This document shows positions 13,101 through 28,100 of a stretch of 64,000 nucleotides of DNA, in pieces. The notes beneath the pieces were generated by a model. The model made no database searches, had not been told where the DNA came from, and was given only the letters and a program-made list of their open reading frames with translations. Positions within the stretch are counted from its first letter, which is position 1. Each line of letters opens with the position of its first letter. Origin of the DNA: Marinilabiliaceae bacterium (GTDB taxonomy: Bacteria; Bacteroidota; Bacteroidia; Bacteroidales; Marinilabiliaceae); contig JABUTU010000005.1 of assembly GCA_021443545.1 (NCBI GenBank), forward strand, positions 51,205 to 115,204, written 5' to 3'. The translations under genes were made by a program, and so were the position numbers.

Positions 13101-16100
13101 ATAGGATGCGGTTCCCTCTCCTGTCAATACAATCTGATAATATCTGTAGTTAGCTTGCTGACCATACAACGCATTTGTTGCTTCATCACAAATCTTTTGC
13201 TGCTCAACACCGCCTGTGATATAGAAATCAACCTCTCCCTTGCCATCGACACTATTCATCTGGAATCTGTCAAGGTTAATTGACAACGCTCCAGGTTGCT
13301 GTATCTCTACCTCCTTGAATGAACCATCAGTTGGATAGGTACAACCCATTGCATCCGTTACACGGAGACGATACAGGCCTCTTGCAGCTTTTAGACCTGT
13401 AAAGAGATAATATCCATTGTATGACATGTGGGTTGTATTCTCCTTACCATCGATGAAATATATTTCGTAAGGAGGAGTACCACCTGATACATTGACTGTA
13501 ATCTTACCTGTCTCCGTATCTACACATGATGTAATATTTGTAGGCGTAGCTGTCAGCGTCAAAGGCTTATCTGCCTGAGCAATCTCGAATGGACCAAGAT
13601 ACTTGTCACAACTACCAATCTCTACATGTACCCAATACTTACCTGCAGGCTGTCCTGCAACTGAACTTGCCGTTGAGAGTGGCTTGCTTGAGTCGTAGGT
13701 ATTGGTATCATCTCCATGCGCATCCTTAACTGCTGGATACCATACATAACTTGGCACCTCACTTCCCTGAACAAGAACAACCTCTAATGCACCGTCCATA
13801 GAGCCCGGCACGTAAATCGCACCTGGAGTATCCTTCTTAACAACGTTTCCGACTGCATCAACATAGCCACCCCAGCAGCTAACAGGGGTACTAATCAGAT
13901 TCTCGACCTCAATCTCAACAGGGATAGTAATCTCCTTCGACAACTTACAACCATTTGCATCAGTCATTGTCACCTTGTAAAGACCACCCTTCGTCAGCTT
14001 GCTTGCATCTCCAACGTTGAGAGTCTCAGTGCTGACACCGTCGTGGAGCGTCACAACAGTCTGGGTTGTCACCTTCGTCACTGGTGATGGACCAGACCAT
14101 GAGAATCTGTATGGCTCAACACCTCCAAGTGGGTTGGTCCCATATGAAGGTTCCTGACCACCCGTAGCCATTATCTTAATAGCTCTCTCGTATGGTTCAC
14201 ATGATATCGCCGAAATATTCATAAGCTCAAAGTCGAGCTTAGTAGCAGGATTTACAATGAAACCTACATCATTTGTATAGCTACATCCTTCATCATCAGT
14301 AACAGTAACAAAATACTCACCAGGAGCAAGGCCTGAAACTTTAGCGGAATTGCCCAATACGACATCTGAACCACTCCATTCATATGTATAGTTCTCATAA
14401 GAAGGTGCTCCATTATTCAGTACTGTGACAGTTATACTACCATCGTTTGCCTCAAAGCAACGCTCATCAACTATTGTCTCAAGAATTGACAATTTCTTAT
14501 TGTATGACAAACGAATTGTCTGTACTGTCTGAGCCAGGATATTACCACTGTCATCCTTGTCGTTAACTACAACTGTATAATAACCCGCAGGCAGGAACGA
14601 ACATGAAACGCCTGTCATGTGAAGCCTATTAGCAGCATCCCAATCCGCAAATGAATTGTCTGTAGAGAGCGGTATACTCTTCTTGATAGCTGGCATAACT
14701 GCATCATCGTCAAGAGTGGTAAAGCCTGGACCAGCACTATAGAACCACGAATAGGTAAGTTCTGTACCAAGAGCTCCCTCTACATTCAGAGTAATAGAAC
14801 CATTTTTCTTCGACTCACACGATGGCTCAACTTTATCGTACGTAATCTTGAGTTTGCTTACAGAGACAGTCTCAGTCGTTGAACAATTTGTAGGCAACGA
14901 GTTGACATCTATTACTGTTACATCATACATACCTGAGGCAAGCCCAGCAACAGTAACCATTTCGTTTCCTGCTGTAAAGTCTACCCTATCACTTGTATTT
15001 GTCTTGGTTACTGACGTTACTTTTCCTTGATCATCACATGCCACTGTGAAGATAATTGCGACATTAGTTGATGTCACATTCACACGATAGAGATGAGACG
15101 AAGGTGTGCCTCTAAGAACACCACCTGTAATGTCAAATGTAATGTAACCATTGTCATTATTTCCAAGTTGTACTCCCGAAGTCAAGTTGTTCAACTGAAG
15201 GGTCTCTGGTTTCTTGACATTTAACATCTCCACATTAAGATTCTCATCCCTACGAAGTTTGGCCATACAACCTTTTGCATCAACCACCTCAAGCATATAG
15301 ATGCTTCCAGCTCCTGCGGTACCAACCAAACCAGTATAGGTATAGTCTCCCGATGTCGTCTGCGCCTCATTAGCAGAGTTATTCTCACCAAACAGACGAA
15401 TAGTATATGGGGCTGTACCTCCACTAACATTTACGTTAATCTTACCATTTGGAACATCTGAACATCCTGTCTCATCCAAAGCAGCAGCTGAGAACAACAT
15501 CTTGACAGGCTGCTCAATCACGAACCCATCATCCAAACGCTCTCCAAATGTCTTAATACATGTCTGACCCGAAATGTCAACCCTACTAATCTCCACTTTG
15601 TATCTGCCTGCGCCTATCTCCTCGAGAGAACTTGTATTAGCAGTCGGATTATCAGAAAGAGAAATTGCTGTCCATGTCGCATTCTCATACTTGTACCACT
15701 GATATGCTGGATTAACAACGCCCGTTACATCAATTGTAATATATCCATCATTGCCGTCATAACATGACACGTTTCCTATCGTTGGCGGAATCTTTATCAA
15801 ATCAATCTCTTCTGGCACAATGAATGTCTGCTCAGAAGCACAACCATTAGCATCAGTTACCGTCATCACGTACGTTCCACTAACGTTGTATGAGACAGTA
15901 CTCAATTCGCTTGAAGAACTGATTGAATGGTTCGTTGGGCCTGAAATAGTGTACTTATAAGGCTCTCCAGAAATGAAAGGCGTACCACCCGATGGCAGTT
16001 GCGTAAATTCAAACCTTCGATTGTTACTCTCGCAATCAACAGAACCAGCAACTACACCCAACGAATATGTTATTTCTGTTGCTGCTTTTACCTGATGTTG

Positions 16101-19100
16101 CTTTGAGATAGTACATCCGTCATCATCAACAACTTGCAGAGAATAGTATCCAGGTTCAAGATTAGATATCGTTGATTCATTTGAAATATAACCACGAGGA
16201 CCATTCCAATAGTACGTCAAAGGTTTATCTGCCTTCTCGCCATTTACTACAACGCTTACCGAACCACTATTAATTCCATAACATAGCTGATCGGTAACGA
16301 CAGAATTAATCTGATAATTACGAGAATACTTAAGCTCGAATACCTCTTCAAGCTGGTCTTCCTTATGTGCTCCATTATCAGACAGTATAACCTTATAGAG
16401 ACCCTCTTCTCTGTTCAGCAAAGTGCGAGATGTCTCCGTAGAGAGAGGCACATAATTGTTTTGGTTAGTGTCGAACATATACCACTGATACTTGACAACA
16501 CCTTCAGCACCATCAACAGTGATTGAGACAGAACCATTCTTAATGCCATCACAATCAGGGTCGACGATATTTGACGAAGTTATCATCAATCTGTTGAGAG
16601 CAAAGCCGTCATTAGCCTCACATGTTGCAACATTCGCATTCGCATCTCTTACTTTTATCGAGTACGTTCCTGGCTCTAATTTGCCAAATGTGGCGTCAAA
16701 TCTGTTATTAGCACTATCCCAAATAGCACTATTAGCACCACTATTGAAATTAGCTCCTGCAGTGAGTAGCATTATCTGCGTGTCAAAGCCTACAACATCA
16801 TCACTTGATAGAAGTACCTCATACTTATTAGGATGTGATATATCATGAACACCTCCAGCGATTGTAAACTCAACTCTTCCATAGCCTTTTAATGGATCTG
16901 ATGCATCTTTTGAAGCATCATTCATCACATATTTGATGATATTAAGGTCTATGCTTTCATAAGCTACAATTGACTGAGTGATTGTAGGCAGAGTACAGCC
17001 GTTTGCGTCAATAACTGAAAGTTTTCTATCGCCTACAGCAACATTCTCGAAACGATAGTATCCTGTAGTTGAAATTGGATTACCGCCATCAAGCGATATG
17101 CTGTATGGTTTTGTTCCTCCCATCACTTGCAGAGTAATAACACCTGATTTGTCACTCAAATCGCAACTCTTAACATCTTCATGCGCAATAGTATATGCAA
17201 GCGCTGTTGGCTCAAATATTGTATATGTTGCCGATGTCTTACAATGTTTGCCATCTTCTACTGTCAACCTATATACTCCTCCATCAACACCCTGAGTAGC
17301 AGAACCAAGATTGATTGCATCCTTAACAACAGTAGTAGCAAAATCCTGGAACACATTTGTCGATGCCGTTACCTGTTTCTCCCACAAATAGGTAAATGTT
17401 CCATCTCCTCCTGAAACAGTATTGGTAATCCATCCATTTGATGCACCATTGCATGTTACATCACTGACTACAGCATTATCAATGACAATCTCTTCATACT
17501 GTTTAACTTCATGCTCTACAACAGCAGAACATCCGTTTAGGTCGGTCACAGTAACAATATACTTGCCTGCTTTGAGATCATCAAATGTCGTAGACGATGT
17601 AGCATTAGGTATCTTCTTCGCCGTTGGCGAGAGAGTCAGCATACTATATGTACTGGTTATAGGATCTACTTTTCCTCCTGAGACTGTAACCTCAAAACTA
17701 CCATCATTTGCACCATAACATATAGTCTGACTTGGTGAAGTAACATCAATAGCTAACTTACTTGTCACGCCATCATATGTTACATTCACATTCTGTTCCA
17801 ATGAGCCACCATCCCTATCTTCGATTCTAACTTTATACGTTCCCTCTGCATAACCTTCAAGAACTAATAATGTATTTCCTGCATATGCAGACTCTTTAAG
17901 TACGTCATCAACATATATATTAAATGGACGCTTACCATTTGTTATCATTATGTTGATGGCTCCTGTAGATTCACCGTAGCACTTTATCTTGTCGGTTGTA
18001 ATCGCAACATCAAGGGCTCCATTTGCTCCGACTGTAACAGCAACAACCTCTGATTCGCAACCATTAACATCAGATGCTCTTACATAATAAATATCTGATG
18101 GTAGATCAGTACGTAGATACTGATTGTCATAAACACTATTTGGCGTAAATACGCCTGATAACTGGTCATATGATCCCCACTCAACCTTATATGGTTTTGT
18201 TCCTCCTGTTACCTCATCCACGCTAATCTTGCCATTATCTTCGCCTGCTACTGTCACATCATAAGCAGTAACTTTAAGGCTCATCTTCTCAGGAGAGGCT
18301 ATAGATACTTCGACGGGCACTGAACATCCCTTATCATCGGTAATCACATATACATACTCACCAGGAACAAGTGACGTCAAGGCTGTTGTATATTCATATG
18401 AAGTTGATGTTCCGTTTAATCTATAATTATAGTTTCCACTGCTCAGAGGAGTACCACCGCTGATTGCAAATGAAACCTCACCATCATTACCACCAAAGCA
18501 AGTAACATCAGTTGTAGATGCCTGAACGGTCAGAGGCTCTGTAGGACCCTTAACCTCAAACTCTTTCGAAGCAGTACATCCATAAATCCTATCAGTTACA
18601 ACAACACGATAAGAACCGCTTGCCAGACCAGTCTGGTTGCTTACTGATGTATTCTTGTCAAGTCCTGCTCCTGAACCACTCCATGAATATGTGTATGAAT
18701 GAGAACCACCCTGTACAGACATGCTTATTGTACCATTCTGCTTTTCAAAACAGGTCACATCTGTAGATGTTCCATCAACTGAGAATGGGTAGTTATCACC
18801 TATAACTATCTCTTGCCATTCTGTATTTGAAGGATAGTAGCAATAGGTATTATTGACACCATCCATCTTCCTTGGCGTACTATCTATAATACGTACTCTA
18901 TATGTACCTGCTGCAAGATTGTTACGGGCGTTCAACGCAGTAAACGATGCTACATCCGTAACATCTCCCTGCAAATCTTCCCATGCATACAAATAATTGC
19001 CTGAGCCACCACTGGTCGTAATATTAACACTACCCGTATTTCTACCCAAACATGTTGAGTTAGAAGAGGTATACGTCATTGATAATGGCTGAACAAATGT

Positions 19101-22100
19101 AGCAAATCGCGTCTCCGAACAGTTCTTAGCACCACTGGCAGAGACTACCATTGCTGTGACAGAATAGCCACCACTAACAAGTCCTGTCTGAACTAAGGCA
19201 TTCGCTGTTGTTGTCTTTGTTCCCGCCCATACAATTTCGATATTTATGCTACTATTAACACCATTCTTACGGTATACGACATTGAGTTGCTTTGTTGTAG
19301 GATCCCATGTCGCAACCTCTCCCTCAGCATTTGCTACTAAGAGTTTAGAGGCGCGTTCCAAGTCCTTGTCATTGAACTCGATAGTCAACTCACCATTCTC
19401 GCCATCACAATCAATATCTTTGCTCTTAACAAGAGTGAATGTTATGGATACTGGCTCAATAACAACAACAGAAGCTTCAGCTGATGCTCCGTCGCTATCA
19501 GTTACTATAACTTTATAACTACCAACAGGTACATTCTTATACTGACTCTCTGTCTGACCATTCTGCAAAATTGCATTGTTGCTTGCATCGACCATGTACC
19601 ACTGATAGGTATACTTTCCACTACCACCAGTTGCCAATGCCGTTACCATGGCGTCTGACTGTCCATAACAAGACACTTCTGTAGCTGTTGCTGTTACATT
19701 CAGCTTATCATATGGTGTAACCACAATGTCGCTTAATTCAGCACTACAATCGCCATCATCAACAACTACCTTATATGTGCCTACAGGCAGATTATCGTAT
19801 ATAGGCTCACGTGTTGTTGTCTGCTGAACATATGCAGATGACGTTGCATCATATTTAAACCAGGTGTATGTATATGAGCCAACACCATTACCACCGGTTG
19901 CCTTAACTACAATCTCGGCATTAGAAGCATGACCTATTGGCACAATATGATCAAGCTCTATCGTAAGTTCATCATTGTACTTAACTGTCTTCGACACTCT
20001 GTTCTTACAGCCGCTTGCTGACTGCAATTCAAGAGTTAAGACACCTCCATTGAGAACTCCGCTAACAGACCCCACCTTCGTGTAACTTGCAAATACGCCA
20101 GTACCTGGAGCTGGCATAGATTCAGGAGTATACTTGAAGTTCACATTGTTATTATATGCTGTACCACTCCAGTTATAGGTATAGTAAGCATACTTAGGAT
20201 CATTATAGAGCTGAGTTAGGACATATACGTCAACTGTTCTACCCGAGACATCACACGCATTCTGAACATCAAGTACAAAGTCAACATATGGATCCTCCTC
20301 AAGCGTAACAACATCTGACTCGGCATAACATCCATCTTTGTCAAGACCTTCGTAAATTCTCACTTTGTATGTTCCAGCCGTAAATCCTGTGAATGTAGAA
20401 CCACTCTGACGCCATTCTGAGTTTGCTACCTCATTATATATGTGCTTGGTAGGATCTGTCTCCTCAGGATTTGTCAACTTATACCACGCATAATTGGCTG
20501 CACTTGTTAATCCTGTTGTAACTGCATTAACAACGATTTGTCCATCATTGCTACCATTGCACGTAGCATCCTTATGCGATGCAATACTGATTGATAAAGA
20601 TTTCTGGTAAGAGAGTATAATATCCCTAAGCGTATAAACTCCCTTATTTATATCCTCAGTATCTTCAACAGTAATCGAATAGGTACCTGGTGCAAGATTC
20701 TGATAACGCATCTTACCTGTCGATGCTATCTGATCACTTGAAGGTATCGTTATTGTATTGCCATTAGAATCAACTGCTGTAATTGTAAATACCAATTTTT
20801 GGTTATCACTCTGTCCTGTCACTGTCAAATCAATGTAACCATCCTTATCTGACTCACATGAAGGATTCACACTCGACACAACAACATTCAAACCGAAATT
20901 GATTATTTCGCGGCATGTCGTCGCATCACTTGCAGGATTAGCATCTGACACCTCAGCAACGTAAATACCGGATGCTAAACCAGTAAGCGGAGTAATTGGT
21001 GTATTTAATGTCTTGATTGTAGACGAACCAGTGGTATTATTTGTCAGCTTTATTGAATATGAATAGTCTCCACTTCCTGGAGTAAGCTCTTTACCACCAC
21101 TGATATTTAAAGTAGCTACACCAGTAGTGGCTCCTTGCGTCATATTAAAGTCAACCAATGAAACAACAATTGGATTGGTCTGATTGATTGTCTGTGTATA
21201 CGCTTTCTCGCAGTCCTGAGCGTCTGTTATAATAATAGCATACTCCCCTTGACGCAAGTTTTTAAACTCTACAAGTGCATTCTCATTGATATTCTCTTTT
21301 GTAGCAGCTACACTCGTTGACGTCGCTGTACCTACTTTTACAACAACCTTATATGGCGCAAGACCTCCCTTAGGACGAACACTAATCGCTCCCGTCGCAT
21401 TCGGATCACAACTATTGATGTCTGTATGAGATACTATAGCATCTATTGCATACTGAGGCAAGAAAATCTTCTTTTCTCCTTCACATGAGAACTTGGTACT
21501 CTCTACTGAAACCTTATACCATCCTACAGGACCATTTATTATATACGGAGTAGTATTTGCTTGCCAAGCTCCAATAGGTAGAGGCCCGAAATCAGTATCA
21601 GCCGGTTCTGTCGTTGGATCTGTAGAACTTGCATAACTCCAAGTGTATTTGTATCCATATTCGGCATAATGCGGTGCTGCATCAACAGTTATGGAACCAT
21701 CTTCACCACCTTCGCATGCTACTATCGTAATATTCTGTGTATCGATATATATGTCGGAAGGCAAGAATATTGAACGAGTAATAGTACAGAATGAATTTGA
21801 CTTATCTGTTACAGTCAACGAATAATTACCTCCATTTGGAATCTTCTCAAGACTCGTACCATTAACCGCTACTCCCTGAGGAATAGAGTCTCCTGACCAT
21901 ACAAAATAGTAATCTGACTCATTACCAGAATATGTAAAGTCTTTTATCCTCAACTCGCGATTTGGATCTGAACATTTATCAGTAATATCAAATGCAAAAT
22001 CTATAGGCTTAATTCCCTTGACTTTAATATTTTTAGTATACGTACATCCTGTACGTGGATGATAAACTGTAAGAGTATAATCTACCTCCATTGGCTCATT

Positions 22101-25100
22101 AGAAGCATCTAACGCAGTAGGTAATAGTATATCATTCAGATAATACTGATTAGGACGTCCAGAAGATCTGTCTATAGTAGTTGCCTTGTGAAATCCGTTA
22201 TAACCATCATATATGAAGGTCATCTCAGACAACTCTGTTGCGGAGAAACCATTTATACTAATAAGAGACGTTACCTTATTGCCATCACCTGCACACTTCT
22301 CAACACTCGTCGTTACATCATCAAAGGTCACCTCTCTTTGATATTCAAGAAGCATCTCTGCCGAAAGTTCACAAGTAACATTATTAGTTAGAAATTCTGT
22401 TCTTCCAGAATCCTTGACACGTACTTGATACTTACCAGGTGTCAAACCATCAATTCGACTCGATGTATTATTAGCTCCAGTATATGCTGTCCAAGTCGAT
22501 GAAGCATCGTCCCATATATCCCACGCATAAGACAAAGAACCAACGGCATTCTCAGTACTTACCTCTAATGCTCCCTTGTAACCATCAGGGCATTCAGGCT
22601 GTGTTGGAATAAGACTAACATTAAACTGTGTCAGGACAATCGGTCCAAACGTAATATGACATGTATTAGCGTCAGTTGCTCCTGCCTCGACTGAGTTATA
22701 GTCATAAACCTCAAGCATATAGCTTCCAGCAAATAGCGAGTTGACTGAAATCTTTGTCTCGTTGTTTACATCAAACGACTCTTCAACTCCACTTAACAAT
22801 GAACTGGTAGCTCCATCTTTATATAGATACCAATGGTAATTTACTTTGCCCGACTTAATCGCGCCACCTGTCAGAACGGCATCTATAGCACCTGTTCCAT
22901 CAGCACAAAGCATTGAATTAGCTTCTCCAACCTTTACCATATTGCTGACATCCTCAACAACCACATTGTTTATTGTCTGCGAAACGCCCTTTGCATCCTT
23001 AACGGTTATACTATATGTGCCTGCGGCAAGACCAGTTATCTGGTATGTTGCATTTTGGCCATTTACAACATCTGGCTCAATTGGATCAGTATTCTGCTTG
23101 GTACTTCCCAACCATACATCATAATTAGGAGTACCATGTATTGTCAACGTTATTATACCATCCTGACCCCCTGCGCAAGGATTATTTGTTACAGTCGGGT
23201 TGACTTGCAATGAGTTGCCATAGACTTTGAATTTCTCATCCAACCAACAATCCTTACCATCTACTACGTTTATCCAGAACCAGTCATACTCTCCATTTAC
23301 AGTTAAACCAGCAAGAGGATTCACATTCTCTACACCAAATTGCGTGGTTCCCTTAGATAGTTCTGTACCATCATACCATTTCCAGGTATAGATATTTCCT
23401 GACGCATTTGCAATCACATTTCCTCCCTCAATAGGATTAATCTCAATGGCTGCAACATGTTGCCCATTATCAGGTGTTATATCTTTCGCAACAACGATAA
23501 GGTCTTTTGGCTGCTTTATCTCAACCTCTTGTGTGATTGCGCGACAAGCAGCCTGGTCTGTACCAGGATATACATATATCACATAGTTACCTGCATCACC
23601 ACTCTGCAACGTAAACTCTGCCTCTGATATGCCAGCAGTTGCTGTGACTGTCTGCGACTGCTTTAGTGTCTCAACAGTATTAACTCCTACCATCGTCAGC
23701 TTAAAGAGTTTATAAATATGTGTAGCCGAACCTCCATATGAAGCCTGTGCCTTAATTTTCGCTGTAGACTTAACAGTCGTTCCACTCTCGTAGGTATTGT
23801 CGGCACAAAGGAAATCTGCTGTCTCTATAATCTGAGCTTTGATGACAGGCTCTACACTTACTGGCTTATATCCACGACACTCATATGTAATAGGATTACC
23901 ATCTGCAGTATATACTCCGTCATTTACCCAGGAAACGAGGTAATGAACGTAATATGGAGTCGCTCCTGATATCGCGCTTAAATCGACACCAAAATAATGG
24001 TCGACATCTGCATTTACATCTGCCCAGTCTGCAACCATAGAGGCAGTCGTGATGTCTGTTCCATCCCAAACAGATACCTTATAGTTAGCTACCTGACTAT
24101 GACCATTGTCACTTGGTGCATTCGTAGTCCAACTGCCATCGATATTTGTTCTGATTGTCGCTGTACAAGCATCAAAGACTGGCTCTGCAAGAGAGACGGC
24201 ATCTGGCTCATAAATAGTGTATGTCTCACTGGTCATACAACCTGTTGTCAGTGGAGATGCAACATAGTTGTCTGTTGCCCACAGGATATACTCTCCTGGC
24301 TCAAGATTTTCAAACTTAGGAATATTCTGCCAATCATACTTGATAGTCGTTCCATCTGACGCAGTAAGCTTATACCAGTAGTTGGTCAATGTGCCCTGCT
24401 GTCCTACATTGCCTCCCTTCATTCGGGTCACTTGCAACTGACCATCATCTGCACCTTGACAACTTATATCTGTAACGGCTGTACGAACAATCTCTATTGG
24501 GAATGATGGTTCCGTTACAGTGAAATTAGTAGTGTACAAACAACCTCTGTAATCCCCATAGCGCACAAATATTTCATAATCTCCAGCTGGCAGACCTTCA
24601 ATGGTAAACTCATTTGTCTCAAGTATCTGTCCGTCGGGTGCAATAATAGAACCTACCGCAGCTCCTGCATAATACAACTGTACTTGTTGCGCCGCAACAC
24701 TTAATGTATAATCTAATGGTGACGGATATACACTTAGCAAACTGGTCCAGCCAGATGCATCCTCCTCGATAGAAACTCCTGCTCTATCGATAATGAAATA
24801 GAGATTTGGCACAAAACCATTGTAATCTGTCTTTCCAATAGAGTGAGATGCGAGAGCTTGCAAATTAGTTATACGGATTGTTGCCTTACCGTCAGCAGCA
24901 CCCTTACATGTCGCTGGAGTCTGTGTATATGTGAATGTTATATCAGGAAGTCTTGTTATCTCAAACTCAACATTATTATAACATGTCGTATTATCCATTG
25001 AGATAACCTTAACGCTATATTTGCCTGGATCCAAACCACTTATTGTTGTGCCAGACTGTCCAGGTATTACAGCACCGCTTGCGTATGACCATACTACATC

Positions 25101-28100
25101 ATAACCAGTTGCAGGCGCTCCTGACGTGAACTGTATGCTCGCCGAGCCCTTTGTTGCTGTTCCACCGCCAGCATCACAAGAATACTCCTCTGTTACATCA
25201 ACCTTAAAGTCGATTGGCTCAATACTCTTCAAATCCTGACGCTGACTAATATAGTAACAACCTGTATTCATGTCTTGAATACGAACAATATAGCTACCAT
25301 CAGGAACAGACGTATATATATGTCTGTCTGTTCCGTCACCAACTGTCGAGGCTTGTACCGTTGTTATGTTCAAGTCAGATGCTCCAACCTGATACCACTG
25401 ATATGCATAATCTCCAGTAAAATTCGGTGATGGTATTTGGACTCCATCTTTGTAGATATTCGTAATTGTCAAAATTCCATTGTTCTGACCTGTACAAGTG
25501 TCTTCTATCTTAATATCAACAGAATAAACAGGATGTGTCAGAGGTACTATCTTCATGATATCTGTCGAACAGTCTATCGTATGGCTCGTGAGCGATGCAG
25601 GAATAGTTCTATTGTACAATTCCGTTGCTCCATCCTTCTGCAGTACATAGACATTCTGCCCGTCCTCAGCTACGTAATAGACGACAGGAAGACTTGATTT
25701 AACAACCCATCCATCTGTTGGAATTGCTGTCTGCATTATCTTATGATTTGCATTATCATCAACAGTATAGTTTATAACGGCGTCTGTGACGCTCGCACCT
25801 GTTGCTAATACAAGATCATAATTTACATTACCATCTGCAGCATGTGCAATCTTAAATGAATAGTAATCATACTTATCTAAGTCGAGATTCTGCTTTGCGA
25901 ATTTCAATTTTTCTGTGAGAAGGTCGAAACCTGCCATTGGATTGTTCACCCAGTTATCTTGCAATGTACCATTACCATCAGGATACTTACTGCAATAGTA
26001 TATCGTCTCATCTTGTAGCACATTGTGCTTTGGTGCTACATAGTATTGCTTCATAACCGACTGAGAACAGCCTCCATACGAATCGTCTGACTTAAAGATA
26101 TAGTTGATGCTATATACTCCAGGCGACAGGATGCCAGGGTTGAAGTAGAATGTACCGAGTCTGTCATTGAGTGTTCCATCAACAGGAACATTGCTTACAA
26201 CCTCATCTGCTTTATAGAGTACATTACCAAATGCATCAAGTATATCGTTCTCAGGAACGAACTCAAGACCAAAATTTCGTCCCGTTGATGAATCCTGAAG
26301 AACTACCTCAAACCAACCCATTCCAGGAACCTTCGTTGTCGAAGTCAAGTCAGGATGACTTGTCTCCAACTTATAGCTACCATTCATAGCAGTACAGAAC
26401 GCGCGTGGCTCTTCTGTTGCTCCTGATATATCCTTTACGTTGAACTGCGCATTAGCAAAGTCGTTGATATTAAAACGCTTAGTTACTCGATACGAGCAAT
26501 CACCGGCCTTATAGTCGAAATTAACACTCAACTGCGCGCGGTCGACTTTCTTGATTCTTGCCTTATACTCTTTCAAATCAAGACATGCTCCGACTCCGTC
26601 ATTTGGATTATATGTTACAATTGAACCATCATTTAGAGTGATAGAACCATCATAGTCATCATCCCACACGAGCAATCCATCATATCCAGACTCACCCATA
26701 GAGAATGCACCACCAGTTATGGCAGTTCCTTTTGCATGGAACAAGACGTAATTGTTGCTCTCATACTGTGTGTAACCACCACTTGATGTCTCCCTCTTCG
26801 TGGTACAAACCTCCTCAGCAAGGTCTATTGTTACTGATGAACCGTCCTCTATATGTATTCGTCTCGCAAATGGATCGCCACAACCAACATAGTACAATAC
26901 ACGATAATCTCCAGGCGCAAGAGCTGAAGTATAAACCGCATAATCACTTATATAGTAACCACTTGCTGGAGGGAAATTATTCTTATTAATTTTTATTAAT
27001 CCATCCTGACCATCTACAGGCACCTGCGGAATAGGTCTATCTCCATTTGGATTGGCTGGATCCTTAATATCCTGAATATAGAACTCTCCAGGAACGTTGC
27101 CATCAACAATGGTCTTAGGCCAGAAATATATCTTATTAGATTTATCCTTTACATCAAGATAATTTGTACTCCAACACAATGTTAGCGCTGGCGTCACATT
27201 GCTTATAAGCTCATGTGTATTAACATCATACCATGTATTTCCAGGATCATCATTAGCATCACTTGGCATTGTTCCATCGTTTGTAGTCGGGAACTTGCCG
27301 TCAGCTAACGTCTTATCGTTCCATGAATCCTCACCATAGATGATAGAGAACGGATCTGCACGATTCGTTAGGTATACCTCCCACGATTTGGTTGAAACAC
27401 AATTATCTCTATCTGCCACAAATGTCCACTCAAAGAGATAGTGACCATCTGTATTAGCCTCGTAAGTCCATTCAAATGAACATGCTCCATAATCAGTCCA
27501 ATCCCAGCCAATATTATCTGTTAGATCTTTTGACGTGTCGTCAGAATCTGCATTTCCTATCAAGCCTATTCCCTGTCCATTATAATTGACATACGGAATA
27601 GCTGTTCTATTAGGGTCATTCAATACTATTGTCTTAGGATAACCAACAGCGAGAGGATCTATTTTAGGATCTCCTATCTGCTTTGTACCAGCTATAACCT
27701 CAGGGTCTGAAGCTACATAATAACCTTTTAACTTATTAATAACTACCGTACTTACACCCGACACTCCCTCGTAATTATAATCGAAAACTTTGTATGTCAC
27801 ACTCTCTTTCTCAGGAGCCTGAGTATGGTCAATATGAGTATCAGTCGCTACCAACGAACGACTTGGATAATTCAAGAGTACACGTACGGTTGTCTCCGAC
27901 GACATAGTACAATAGCTCTTATTCATATTATGAGCAAGATCTCGGAGTATCTTGACAGTTCTCGAGTAGTCGGCTCGACACTGATCATTCTGGTTGTTTC
28001 TACACTCCGCTCCATTGTCAACATGCAGATTTATTGATGTAGTATTGTCATTACCTACAATTGCAGGAACAAATACGTAATGGTCTACAGCATTATCATC

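Noticed and set aside
5540-25520. The periodic ~260-290-bp structure might be a CRISPR array or satellite.
   Set aside because: The period is far too long. There are no identical short direct repeats separated by unique spacers. The periodicity is at the protein level inside an open reading frame.
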